DNA of 63,171 nt, counting the filler, from Octopus bimaculoides (lineage: Eukaryota), in NCBI RefSeq assembly GCF_001194135.2. It is 5 parts of 5 records of this genome, joined end to end, with 100 filler letters (N's around TTAATTAATTAA, not from the genome) between each part and the next. Parts side by side here need not be neighbours in the genome. Positions count along the whole stretch, not along the records: positions 43,170 to 59,373 come from NC_068986.1; positions 59,474 to 61,420 come from NW_026405525.1; positions 61,521 to 63,171 come from NC_069002.1; 2 more parts are not named here. One strand, given 5' to 3'. The translations under genes were made by a program, and so were the position numbers. Within the stretch, counting starts at the first letter, position 1. Each line of letters starts with the position of its first letter. Positions 49,958-62,930 of the stretch are shown here, piece by piece. Under the pieces are notes generated by a model. The model made no database searches. It saw only the letters and a program-made list of their open reading frames with translations, and had not been told where the DNA came from.

Positions 49958-50611
49958 AACCACAAACAAGATGAGGACAAATATCCGTCAAATTTAAATA
50001 ATGTACATAATCCCCCATCTCTTAAATATAGAACTGTTTTGTAAAATTTGATGATAGACAAAAGAATGCCCACAATTTGGAAGGTGTTTCATTTGAGAGA
50101 TTTTCGTTATATACATATATAACTGGTGCTTCGTCGGTTTCGACCACAAGTGTTTCAGTTGATCCGATCAACGGAACAGCCTGCTCGTGAAATTAACGTG
50201 CAAGTGGCTGAGCATTCCACAGACACACATACTCTTCACGTAGTTCTCAGTGGGGGAGTCAGCGTAACACAGAATGTGACAAAGTTGGCCGTTTGAATTA
50301 CAGGTACAACTCATTTTTGCCTGCTGAGTGAAATTGAAGAATGTGAAATAAAGTTTCTTGCTCAAGAAAATAACGCGCTGCTGGGTATCGAACTCAGGAC
50401 CTTACGATCGAGAGCCAAATACGCTAACCACTAAGCCACGTCCCTTTTTCTCCACACACACACACACACACACATGTATGTATAAGCTTGCACACGCACA
50501 TAACCACATAGGCAGAAATTGAAACATATGTATGATTCAATTTGTGTGTGTGTGCGTGTGCGCTCGCGTGCGATTGCTCATAGCTTTATTTCTTCGTTAC
50601 GTTGATCTTAC

Positions 50612-50635
50612 CTCAAACATTCGCTGTTCTCCCAT
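50612..50635 (-). CDS. Possible first coding exon (MGEQRMFE|) of a minus-strand gene
   Basis: GAAATGG start context after an in-frame stop and a consensus donor GAG|GTAAGA, in CpG-retaining unique sequence. No downstream exon identified. Confidence 0.25.
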
Positions 50636-51220
50636 TTCGTGTCTCTACGTCACTGTCGGTAGGTGGCTCTCTGTTATGTTTCAACGTAAAGCAGCCACGG
50701 CAAAGCTATTAATTGCTCTTTCACTCAACTCAATACAAAGCGAATCACACATAAATCTCTTAGACAGAATATTCTATACAGACAGATATGTCTATCATAA
50801 TAAACCTGTTTAGACAGGTAGCTAATTTCCTTTTTCTGGCTTTGTTTTATTTTATATTATATATTTTTTTTAACTACCTTTATATGTTTCGTTCACTCAA
50901 GACAAGCACACCAGCTTTCCTTCTACCATTTGCCAACCGACGAGAAGCCATCAAGTGGAAGGGCCGAATAAAACAAGATTTTTATCTGTATATTTTTATA
51001 ATATCTTGTTGGTTTATTTATCCATTTATTTATTTATTATTTATCTATTTGTGAACCCATGTCAGTATTTCATTTTCGCAAGGTTGAGTTTTCTTCAGTT
51101 TTCTTCTTTCTTTCCTTCTTTTAATTTTCTTCCTGTCTTTATTCTTGTCTTGTATTACTTATTATTATTATCAGTGTTACTACTACTACTACCACCACCA
51201 CCACCATCACCATCATCATC

Positions 51221-51252
<32 letters not shown>

Positions 51253-52399
51253 CATTATTATTATTATTATTAATGATGATGGTGGTGGTGATCTTAGCAG
51301 TATTCCAGTTGTCTAGTGCGTATTGCGTGTTTTCATTACACAACCGAGCGCAGTTCTATATGCCTTGGGCACTTGCAGTGTTTTCTTATGTTTTAATGCC
51401 TGTTTTATTGTATTGTAATTATTCTACGCAATATGTGTGTGCTAAGCTTTCTTCTCCCATTTTCTCTTTATTGTTTATTTGCCCACATCTCTTTTAAAAT
51501 AATTCCAAAAGAACTTAGTATTATAAGGAACTGCTTTCTGCTCTCTATCTTAACATTCAGATTATATATATATATTCTCTGTTGGTTAAAACTAAGCAAC
51601 CAGAAAATTATTGTTTCTTCACATCCTCCACACATACTCCAGTTACCATTTGTGTTTTACTTCATTATATCCCCCCCCCCGGTCTTATTGGAAGGTATTT
51701 GTCTTGGACGACAACAGTTTTTTCTATTTCAGCTTTTGAGTTCTGGTTGTCTCAGAGACGGCTACGATTTTTTTGCGTCCATTTCCATGTTATTCATTTT
51801 TAAATGTATTATTCACGTAAGGAATGTCATCGCTTTAGCATAGCATTCTATGCCCTCATTTTTGCTTTAACACAATCTCTGTTATTGTTTCTCGTTTCTT
51901 TTCACAATTCTATGTCACTTCAACCTCTCTTCCACATTGCTTGGTTCTTTTGAGGTTTTCCTCTCTAGTTTCTCTCATCCATTTTATTTTCAGTTGAGAA
52001 TATTTTAATTATAAATTATGACTATCTTATTAGCTCTGTATTAAATATTAATTTGATAAATGTCTTGAACTTTTTTTCTAGTTGTGCGAGTTTTGTGCAC
52101 TGTCTATTACATTGATTTCTAAGTCACAATAAGTTTTTCTTTGGTCTAATTCACTTATCGTGGTTTCGTTGTCTAACATGATATCACTGGTTTTTATCAA
52201 TCTCTCTTTTCAATGATGTCTTGGTGCATTGTTCTAATATGATATTTAATATCAATTCTTATTCTGAAACTGTATATTGTCTGTAGCAGTGTTTTTTGTT
52301 ATTTATCATATGTATTGTAAAATTTGAGGTCATCCATATAAAAAAGATGGTTGATTATCCTTCCATAACACTTGTTTTTGAATCAAGTTTGATCTGATT

Positions 52400-53077
52400 T
52401 AGCATGTCGGCTAAATATATCAGTCTCAGGATCATAGTGATGGACCCATGTTTCATTCTGTGTGATAAGTCTGTCGAAAAAGTCCCCCTCGTTTTCTTGA
52501 CACATTGCCAAAAGAGCCTGGGAGCAATTGACTCGTTCCTGCTTCTGAAAAGGTGTTGAGCATCCGGGGAATCCATCGTGCAGACAACTTCAATGATTTT
52601 TTCCCCAGACCCTACGCATACCTTCATTTCTTGGGCTAGCTGCCGAATAGTTATACGGTGATCCTCCAAAATGGTGGTTTCCACTTCATGGATGGTGTCG
52701 TCATTAATGGCGGAATATGGTCGTCCAGGAATAGGAGCAATATCCACTGATGTCCGACCATATTTGAACTAACGATGCCAGTGCTTAACTACGTCGTATG
52801 GTGGTGAAACGTCACCATAAACTTCCTACAACTCATCGAAAATCTCTTTTGGTGTACGACCTTTCAAGTATAAGAACCTGAACATTGATCTACATTCAAC
52901 TGCCATCGTTATAGCACCTTAGTTCACTTCACCAGCCGTAAAAGACAAAAGAATACAATTGAAAAGCTACAATTCACAATATGACATGTAAAGACATGTA
53001 TAATTATACCTGTACAAGTTCCGTTTCCTGCAATAACCGGAAATGGGTCAGAGGAAATATTTAATGAACACCCCTCG
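52400..53077 (-). mobile_element. Mariner 5' fragment
   Basis: Terminus CGAGGGGTGTTCATTAAATATTTCC; ORF 52355-52747 has PIPGRPYSAINDDTIHEVETTILEDHRITIRQLAQEMK (HTH). Confidence 0.8.
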
Positions 53078-53095
53078 AATGTGTATCTATCTATC

Positions 53096-53133
<38 letters not shown>

Positions 53134-53139
53134 TAAATG

Positions 53140-53600
53140 GAAAAAAACGCAATAGATATATATAAATGGAACAAAAACGCAATAGAAGGCATTAAAACGT
53201 TCGGTCAGATAGACGACACAAAGGCAGACAAGAGAAACAGCAATTAGGACAGGCAAAGAAAGACGGGTCATTCTTGGCTTTCTTTCATCAGTTAAGTACC
53301 AGAAGTCACGACCATTTCGGACAGTTACACTTGAGATGGTTCGATCTGGTTGTCCCCCAAAAAGTCTAAGCTAAGAACATTAGACCCCTTTGTAAGAAAG
53401 CTAGCGAATGTGTACGGCAACAAAGATGAAAAAGAAAACAAACAAAAAAAACGGAGAACATGGTACACAATTACGAATACAAGAAATAACAACAAGCGTC
53501 TTTTGACTGAGAACGTATCAAATTGAGCTGATGTGTATGAAGTAAAAGCCTGGAGGTAAGAACATGGGAGATGGACACAAGACGTGTTGACGGTCACACA
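53140..53600 (-). repeat. Probable Penelope-related LTR-like repeat with decayed hammerhead motifs
   Basis: Minus strand GGACA...TGTCCGAAATGG...AACTGATGAAAGAAAG...CTTTCTT; same GAAA...CTGATGA layout as ~150-240. Confidence 0.35.
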
Positions 53601-53616
53601 TACATACATACATACA

Positions 53617-53651
<35 letters not shown>

Positions 53652-53923
53652 GTGTGTATGCGTGTGTGTTGTATAAAATTTTATCTCGAAATTTGAGAGT
53701 CCATAATTTCCCGGTATTTTCCGGTTATTATATGTTTATAGTTTCATGGCTGTGTCCTGTATTGTCATAATCTCGTACGATTGTTCAGGTGTTGTTTATT
53801 TCTGTTTTTTCTTTTTTGTTTTGTTGCTGAGTTTGCATATTTATTCTGTTTTTACTCACGTCTTGTTGAAATTGTTTTAGACCGGAGTTCGAACGGTTTT
53901 GTTCAAAGAATTGTCGTCCCTTT

Positions 53924-53961
<38 letters not shown>

Positions 53962-54243
53962 TAAGGCATCGAGTTGGCAGAATCGAGTTAGCAAAATGCT
54001 AACGATTGGAAGAATCGATCTGGCAGAATCGTTGGTAAAATGCTTAGCAGTATTTCGTCCGTCCTTACGTTCTGAGTTCAAATTCCACCGGGGTCGACTT
54101 CGCTTTTTATTCTTTCGGGGTCGATAAAATAAGCACCAATTGAGTACTGGGGGTCAGTGCTATCCCCCTCCCCAAAATTTCAAGCCTTGTGCCTTTAGTA
54201 GAAATGATTATCATCCTCATTATCATCATCATCATCATCATCA

Positions 54244-54307
<64 letters not shown>

Positions 54308-54570
54308 CATTTCATTTTCCTCTCAGAACTCTCGATTTTACTTGCTCTGCTTAATTCTGTAAGAGCGGACAACAACTTGTTGTGAAAAGCTCTCACGGGG
54401 TCTCTTTCCACGATGCTTAGCACCCAAGTACCAATCTCAAAATTCTCACTGTCTCCAATAGAGCAGTTTTTTGAGCATGTTCTACCCCTCACGTCAATTC
54501 CAATTTCTCCGACATATTTCTCAAGCCTGGTTGTTAGTGCTCCCAGTGCCCCTACAAACTATTGGGATTA
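54308..54570 (-). mobile_element. R4/Dong-clade retrotransposon 3' fragment abutting (TAA)n
   Basis: The reverse complement resembles 55960-56250 at roughly 80% by eye; its 3' end joins the TTA tract at 54246-54307. Confidence 0.8.
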
Positions 54571-54574
54571 TAGT

Positions 54575-56258
54575 TACTTATTATTATGAAGAAATAGAAT
54601 ACAATGTTAACATCATGTACAAAATTTTAACAAGGGTTAACATCAAAAGAGACATATTTCAGGAATATAGCTTGTCGCCATTGCTTTTTGTGATTTATGA
54701 TACCCCTCACACAGATACTGCAGAAAGTGACATCGAGGTATACCTTGAAAATGGAGAACAATTAAATCACCTGTTATATATGGATGACTTAAAGATCCTT
54801 GGAAAGAGTGAAATAAATGGTCTGGTTTCAACAGTGCAGATAGCCAGTAAGGCTATTAGAATGGCATTTGGGATTAAAATGTGTGGTACGCTTATCATGA
54901 AAAAAAAATGCAAAGTAGTGTCTGCTGGTGGTGTGGAAGTACCCAACAGCAAGAGAATCAAGAATAGATAGAAGTACCTGGGTATTTTGGAGAATGACAA
55001 AATCAAGGCGAGTGAGATGAAGGAAAGCTTTCAGCAAAAATACCTCAGAAGAACCAAATTAATTATGGAAAGTAGATTCAATGGAAAGAACGAGATCAGG
55101 GCGATGAATACATGGGATGTTTCCTTAATGTGATACGGCGCAGGTGTTGAGGAAATGCTTTGAAAAACCAGGTAAGTGATGACAATTAACAAAGAACTGT
55201 ACCCAAAGAGTGATATCGATAGACTATATATCTTGGAACAGGGGTGGAAGAGGATGTATTGGATGCATGTTGCCAACGAGGAAAATAGTCTGGGATGGTA
55301 CGTCAAACAGCAGAGTGAGCTCTTGTTTGCTGCTGGTAAAAATAGCAACATGATACCTACCGAAAATGTGACACACCCAAAAATATTTAAGAAACAAGAT
55401 GCAGGACGAAGAATAAACAAGTGGAAAATGAAAGCAAGGAAAGACAAAACCAACATCTGGAGACATTGATATACAGTGGTCTGGAACAAGCTCTGAGAAC
55501 TAATTACACCAAGTTCCAAATAGATAAGAACGGTGAATCGCCTCTTCATAGGATGTGTGGAAACAAAAACGAAGCAATCTCACATGTTGTGAGTGTGTGT
55601 AGCAAACTGGCCTAAAAGTACTACAAAAGGAAGCACGATAATGTGGCCAGGTTTGTCCAGGGGAGACTGTGTGAAAAGTACGGTCTTGGAAGAACACGGA
55701 AATGGTATGAACATGAACCAGAAAGTGTCACAGAACAACGAATATAAAATCTTGCGGGATTTTACAACCCTGTGTGACTCTCTAATTGATGCTCAGTGAG
55801 TAGACATTTGTTAAGTGGATAAAAGGAAACAGGAAACTAAGATCATTGATATTGCCAAACCTGGAGATGCACGCTTAAGGGACGAAAAGCTGGAAAAGGT
55901 GGGAAAATACAAGTTACTAAAAGACGAAATTGCAAGAATGTGAACAATTAAGAGAGTATCTATCATCCCAGTAGCTGTAGGAGCACTAACAACCATGTTG
56001 AGAAATATGTCCGAGGAATTGGAATTGACATGAGTGCGGAGCATGCTCGAAAACTGCTCTGTTGGAGAGAGCTAGGATTTTGTGGGTAGTACTTGGGTGT
56101 TGAGTACAATACACAATACTTAACACCTAAGTACCAAGTCTTATAATTTGTGGAAAGAGACCCTCTGAGACCTTTGACAACAAAATGCTGTCCATTCTCA
56201 TAGAATTAACCAGAGCAAGTAAGATCAAGAGCTCTGAGAAGTAAAATATAATAATACT
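54575..56258 (+). mobile_element. 5'-truncated R4/Dong-clade retrotransposon (RT, CCHC, RLE), pseudogenised
   Basis: DIFQEYSLSPLLF, HLLYMDDLKI, CRMCG-like HRMCGNKNEAISHVVSVC, ILRDF, IIDIAKPGD, KVGKYKLL; ends in ATAATAAT. Confidence 0.9.
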
Positions 56259-56261
56259 AAT

Positions 56262-56590
56262 AATTGGAATGATCAAAAAAGGGATGTCAGAAACATCTAG
56301 ACAACATCCCAGGAGAACCATAGCTCACAGAAATCCAAAAGATTGTGATGACAAGTACCGCACACATCCTTAAATAAACACTATCAATTTAAATGTTTGT
56401 GTTGTATCATATGAATGTATTTTTGTACAACCCTCCCCACTTCCCCTCCGAAGATTTCAGCATTTATATTTTAGCATCTTTTAACCTTCACTTACCCTAC
56501 GGCGATGGGTGTGTCCCAGCAGGTGTTTGCATCAAAGATTCAGATTAAAATGAATAATAGTAACAACAACAACAATAAAAATAATAATAA
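56262..56590 (+). mobile_element. 3' end of a second RLE retrotransposon subfamily
   Basis: GMIKKGCQKHLDNIPGEP*LTEIQKIVMTSTAHIL, then a 3' UTR ending in (AAC/AAT)n. Confidence 0.75.
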
Positions 56591-56679
56591 ACGAATGCAA
56601 AAATCGCCACGATAAGGTAGGATAGTATTTACATAGGAAAATATGTAAACATTACAAAAAACACCACTCCTGCTTACTG

Positions 56680-56995
56680 TTATGAACATCATCTTGAGCC
56701 AGTCGTTGAAGGTAAAAACGTCACTATCCTCTGGGATTTTACAGTCAACACCGACAAAACGACCCGGGTTAATCGACCAGGCATAGTCATTAAAGAAAAG
56801 GCAGAAAATACTTGTAGACTAATCGATGTAAGTGTTCTCGCCGGTGATAATATGTCTGTAAAGGAATTTGATAAATTAAGTGAAAAGATGTGGCATCTTA
56901 AATCGAGAACTGTTCCTATTATTGTAGGTGCCTTAGGCATGATTAAAAAAAGGGACGTCAAAAACATCTAAGGTAACATCCCACGAGAACACCAG
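56680..56995 (+). mobile_element. RLE-domain fragment of an R4/Dong-type element
   Basis: VTILWDFTVNTDKTTRVNRPGIVIKEKAENTCRLIDVSV...VPIIVGALGMIKK. Confidence 0.85.
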
Positions 56996-57004
56996 AGTGG
57001 TTGG

Positions 57005-59066
57005 CATTAAGTAGGACAGTGCTCTGCCTGAAAAACGTCGAAAAAGGCAATACTGTTGACAATTACAGGCCGATATCCTGTTTGCCACTTGTGTGGAGAT
57101 TATTGACTGGAATAGTCGCAGAGTCAATGTACGAACATCTGGAATAAAATGGAGTCCTGCCACATGAGCAGAAGGGTTGCAAGCGTAAGTGCAGAGGTAC
57201 CAAGGATCAACTCCTGATAGACAAAAACTGTACTTAGAGACTGCAAGAGGAGGAAATTTAACTTTGCCATGCCATGGATCGACTATCGTAAGGCGTACGA
57301 TATGATACCACATTCTTGGATTATGGAGTGTATGAACCTATTTGGTATTGCATCGAATGTTGAGCGATTGCTTGGAAAAAGTATGGCGAATTGGAGGACG
57401 AAACTGACAGCACATGGAAGAAGTTTAGGGACAATAGAAATCAGGAGAGGCATCCTCCAAGGGGACTGCCTGTACTTACTGATCTTTGCACTGTGCTTGA
57501 TTCCACTAACGCTGATTCTGAGGAAAGCAAAAGCTGGGTATGTATTCAAAAGCTGCCAACAAGATGTCAACCATTCGTTATTCATGGATGACCTCAAACT
57601 TTATGGTAAAGATGAATCCCAAGTCAGTTCTGTCGTTGATACGGTGTATACTTTCAGTGCTGATATCAGAATGGAGTGCGGACTGAGAAAATGTGGTGTG
57701 TTAGTCTTGAAGAGAGGCAAAATTAAATGTATGGACGAGCTAGCGATACCGTCGGGGGAGGTTATGAAGCAGATAGAAGAGACAGGCTATAAGGAAATGG
57801 GTAAATTGGTGGAGAAAGAAATGACAGAAGACTTTAAGGTGGAGTACTTGCGCAGACTGAGACTGATCCTTAAGTCGAAATTAAACGGACGGAATAAGAT
57901 TGAAGCTATCAACACTTGGGCGATTTCACTACTTAGATATAGAACAGGGGTAATCACATGGACAGTAAACGAACTAAACAGCTTAGACAAGGAAGTTGCT
58001 GACTAGATATGGGATACTCCACCCAAAAAGTGACACAGTCCGACTGTATGTACCAAGAAAAAGAAGTGGAAGAGGACTGATTGGATGCGAGCACAGCATT
58101 AGAGCAGAAGAAAACAACATAGCATGGTATGTAAAAAATGCCACAGAACTACTATTATTGGAAATAAAAAGGTCAGGCTTTGTAGGATGGAAGATTGTAA
58201 AGATAAAGCACTGTACAAGCACTTGAGAATGAATGAAACTGAAAATAGGTGGGTAAAGAAAAGAATGCATGGACAATTTCATGGGGATGTTGAAGATAAG
58301 ACAGAAAGAGAAAAAAGATGGCGATGGATGACTAAAAGTGATTTAAAACCGGAAACGGGGGCTCTAATCTGCGCTGCCAAAAGCTAGCATTAAGAACCAA
58401 TTACATCAAATACAGAACAGACAACACATCAGAAAGTGATAAGTGCAGAATTTGTGGACAAAATGGTGAAACTGTATGGTATATTACCAGTGAATGTACG
58501 CCACTAACCCAGAAAGAATATAAAAGACGTCATGACAACATAGTAAGGATTGTCCATTGGACATTTTGCAACAAGTATGGTCGTGGTATGAACATAAACC
58601 CGAAGGCATCAACAAAAATAATAATGCAAAGATCCTATGGGATTTTATGATTCAGTGCGACCCTGAGATACAGAATAAGAAACCAGACATAGTGTTAATT
58701 GAGAAAGAAAACAAACGATGCTGGATCATAGATATAGCATGCCCAGCTGACAACAAGGTATGCGATAAGGAAGAAAGAAAAGTCGAGATATATAACAGGT
58801 TAGCTTGAGAGGTTAAGCAGTTGTGGTCAACGAAAATGGTGGTAGTAATACCAATAATTGTCGGAGCCCTGGGAACAATGAGTAAAAATCTTGAGAAGTA
58901 TATGGAACAGGTAGGGGTTGCAGTAAGGGTGGAGCACTTGCAGAAGACAACACTGCTTGGAACCGCTCGAATACTCCGGAAGGTGCTCGAAAAATAAGGG
59001 GCGTTACTTTAGTTCACTGGTAGTTAACAGCTGACACTGTAGTACATTTCCAGGTTGTGCAAGGAC
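57005..59066 (+). mobile_element. 5'-truncated R4/Dong-clade retrotransposon (RT through RLE and 3' UTR), followed by (AAT)n
   Basis: [85 protein letters not shown]...KPDIVLI...IIDIACP; stop at ~58997; (AAT)n starts at 59067. Several stops and frameshifts. Confidence 0.95.
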
Positions 59067-59070
59067 AATA

Positions 59071-59150
<80 letters not shown>

Positions 59151-59473
59151 CAACAACAACAATAATCCTTTCTACTAAATGTACAAGGCCTGAAATTTGG
59201 GTGAGGGACTAGTCGATTACATCGACCCCAGTGTTTCACTGGTACTTAATTTATTGACAGCGAAAAGATGAAACTCAAAGTCGATCTCGGTGGAATTTGA
59301 ACTCAGAACATGAAGACAGACGAAATACCACTAAGCATTTCGCCCAGCGTGCTAACGTTTCTACCAGCTCGCCNNNNNNNNNNNNNNNNNNNNNNNNNNN
59401 NNNNNNNNNNNNNNNNNTTAATTAATTAANNNNNNNNNNNNNNNNNNNNNNNNNNNNNNNNNNNNNNNNNNNN

Positions 59474-61420
59474 TACATACATGAATACATACATATATAC
59501 ATACATAAATACAAGCATACATAAAACATACATACATACATGCACACATAAACACATATATACACACCTACATAATAATGCACCTATACATGCACACACA
59601 CATATATATTACAAATTTAGATAATACAAGCACCTATAATACATATACACACACATACACACATACATACAAGCATTACACACATACAAACACGTACAGA
59701 TACATACATACACNNNNNNNNNNNNNNNNNNNNNNNNNNNNNNNNNNNNNNNNNNNNNNNNNNNNNNNNNNNNNNNNNNNNNNNNNNNNNNNNNNNNNNN
59801 NNNNNNNNNNNNNNNNNNNNNNNNNNNNNNNNNNNNNNNNNNNNNNNNNNNNNNNNNNNNNNNNNNNNNNNNNNNNNNNNNNNNNNNNNNNNNNNNNNNN
59901 TGCCTACATTCATAAATACATACATACATAAATATATACATGCATGCATACATACATGCATGCATACATACATAAATACGTACATATATAAATACGCACA
60001 TACATAAATAAATAAATAAATGCATACATNNNNNNNNNNTACATATATAAATACGCACATACATAAATAAATAAATAAATGCATACATAAGTACAAACAT
60101 ACATACATAAATGCATATATAAATAAATACATATACACATCCATGCATACATAAATATATATATACAGAAATACGTACATACACACATTCATACATTAAT
60201 AAATACATAAATATATGCATACATACATATATAANNNNNNNNNNTACATTAATAAATACATAAATATATGCATACATACATATATAAATAAATAAATACA
60301 CACATACATGCATAAATACATACACACATAATTACATACATAAATACATACNNNNNNNNNNNNNNNNNNNNNNNNNNNNNNNNNNNNNNNNNNNNNNNNN
60401 NNNNNNNNNNNNNNNNNNNNNNNNNNNNNNNNNNNNNNNNNNNNNNNNNNNNNNNNNNNNNNNNNNNNNNNNNNNNNNNNNNNNNNNNNNNNNNNNNNNN
60501 NNNNNNNNNNNNNNNNNNNNNNNNNNNNNNNNNNNNNNNNNNNNNNNNNNNNNNNNNNNNNNNNNNNNNNNNNNNNNNNNNNNNNNCATACATACATACA
60601 TAAACACACACATACACACATGCAAACGTACATACATACTTATATGCATATATACACGCATACCTACCTGCATACATGCATATACACATGGATAGACACA
60701 TACACACATACATACATGCATACATCCACACATTCAAACATACATGCATNNNNNNNNNNCATACATCCACACATTCAAACATACATGCATGCACACATGC
60801 ATACATGCACGCATACATGCATACATACACGCACACATGCATACATGCATGCACACATGCATACATGCAANNNNNNNNNNTACATACACGCACACATGCA
60901 TACATGCATGCACACATGCATACATGCAAACAGACATCAATACATACATAAATAAATAAATAAATACAGACATGCATACATACGTACAAACATAAATATA
61001 TACATACATAAATGTATACTTACATATATAAATACATTAAAAGATACATAGATACACACATGCATACATACACACATACATATATAAATACATACAAACA
61101 TACATAAATACACNNNNNNNNNNNNNNNNNNNNNNNNNNNNNNNNNNNNNNNNNNNNNNNNNNNNNNNNNNNNNNNNNNNNNNNNNNNNNNNNNNNNNNN
61201 NNNNNNNNNNNNNNNNNNNNNNNNNNNNNNNNNNNNNNNNNNNNNNNNNNNNNNNNNNNNNNNNNNNNNNNACGCATACATACATACAGGCATAAATGCA
61301 TATATAGATACATGCATACATGTATAAATACATACATGCATACATACATAAATATATAAATACATACGTAAATAAACACATGCATACATACATAAATATA
61401 TACATATGAATATATACATA
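59474..61420. repeat. Complex (TACA/TATA/TGCA)n low-complexity array with many small gaps
   Basis: Seen directly; explains all the MYVC/HTYI ORFs. Confidence 0.95.
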
Positions 61421-61520
61421 NNNNNNNNNNNNNNNNNNNNNNNNNNNNNNNNNNNNNNNNNNNNTTAATTAATTAANNNNNNNNNNNNNNNNNNNNNNNN
61501 NNNNNNNNNNNNNNNNNNNN

Positions 61521-61556
<36 letters not shown>

Positions 61557-62037
61557 TTTACATGTGCATATACATATATTATGTGTCTATCTGTCTATCT
61601 ACTAATTTGTCTATTTATTTATATACGTGACCCTGTATGTATGCGTGTATGTATATAAGCAGAATGCTTGTAAGTATGTATGAATACACACACACATGCA
61701 TATGTATATATATGTGTGTGCGTGTGTGTATTTGTTTGAGTGTGTAAGTGTTTGTGTGTGTGTATGCGTGTTTGTGTTTGTGTGCGTGCGTGTGTTATAG
61801 ATAATGTATATATAATTATTATTTCCCTTAGGCATTGTGATACTAATAACCTGGTATTAAAACCCAATATACACATGCTTCAGAATGAAGTGTAAGTTGA
61901 GTATAGAGCCGCAAGAAGAAATTAGACATAAGAAATTGTCATGAACTTCATTAGCTTACAGCTGTTTCTGCTACGTGATGCAATGCTCACATAATTGAAA
62001 GCTTGTGCATCAGCCTATGGCTTCATCGTATATGTAT

Positions 62038-62930
62038 GAACAAGGTGGTAACAAAATGGTCCTGGATTGGTTCAGTAACGCGCCAGAAGAAGGCAGCACA
62101 CGGTTGAGTGCGCAGTGAGAGATAGCAGTGACCTTCATGAGGCAGTGCGTCGAGTGATATTGTAGTGTTTACTTCGCAAGTTGTGAAATTTGTGTCTTTG
62201 TGATCATGTGTACACTGTAGTCTGCGATTTTGTCATGGACCGGAACAAGAGTCAACATGGAAGTTAGCGTTAAACGTGGGAGTTCTGCTACAGAGACATT
62301 GAGCATGCTTCGGCAAGCTTACGGTGACGAGGTAACGAGTTGTACGCAATGTTTCGAATGGTACGGGCGCTTGAAGAGCGGAAAACATCCCTGAAAGACG
62401 ATGAGCGATTTAGAAGAACTACCAGTAGCGTCACCCCGGGAAATGTGGTATTGTGCATCGCGAATTCACACCCCAGGGCCAGACTGTCAATCGAGACTTC
62501 TACTGTGACGTTTTGAAGCGTTTGTGGAACGACATCCGACGAAAGCGACGGGATCTGTGGAGCGCGAAGAAGAAATGGATTCTTTATGACGACAATGCAT
62601 TCTGTCACCGAGCTCTCAGCACTCGTGAATTTCTCGCCAAAAACAACATGGTGTCACTTCCGCACCCGTACTATTCGCCTGATTTAGCAACTGCGGACTT
62701 CCATCTTTCCCAAGATGAAAATGGTGCCCAAATGTCGCTGTTTTAATACTGTTGCCGAAATCCAGAGCGAACCGTTGAAGGTCCTCGACTCGCTTACAGA
62801 AAACGACTTCCAGGCTGGTTTCTAAAAGTGGCAGGAACGTTGGACCCGGAGTATTGCTGCGCAAGGTGACTATTTCGGAAGGAGATGATGTTAAAACTAA
62901 GGTAAATAAGTTATTGTTTTTATTAAACAT
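62038..62930 (+). mobile_element. Mariner deletion derivative (same family as 9432-10762)
   Basis: TIR-like AAGGTGGTAACAAAATGGTCCTGGA; HREFTPQGQTVNRDFYCDVLKRL...DDNAFCH...HPYYSPDLATADFHL. Confidence 0.9.

Noticed and set aside
57269-58006. 245-aa ORF as a host gene or active reverse transcriptase
   Set aside because: It is an internal piece of a 5'-truncated retrotransposon with stops and frameshifts on both sides.
60700-60930. Higher-order duplicated blocks separated by 10-N gaps
   Set aside because: The sequence is repeated on both sides of fixed-size gaps, typical of unmerged contig overlaps rather than true repeats.
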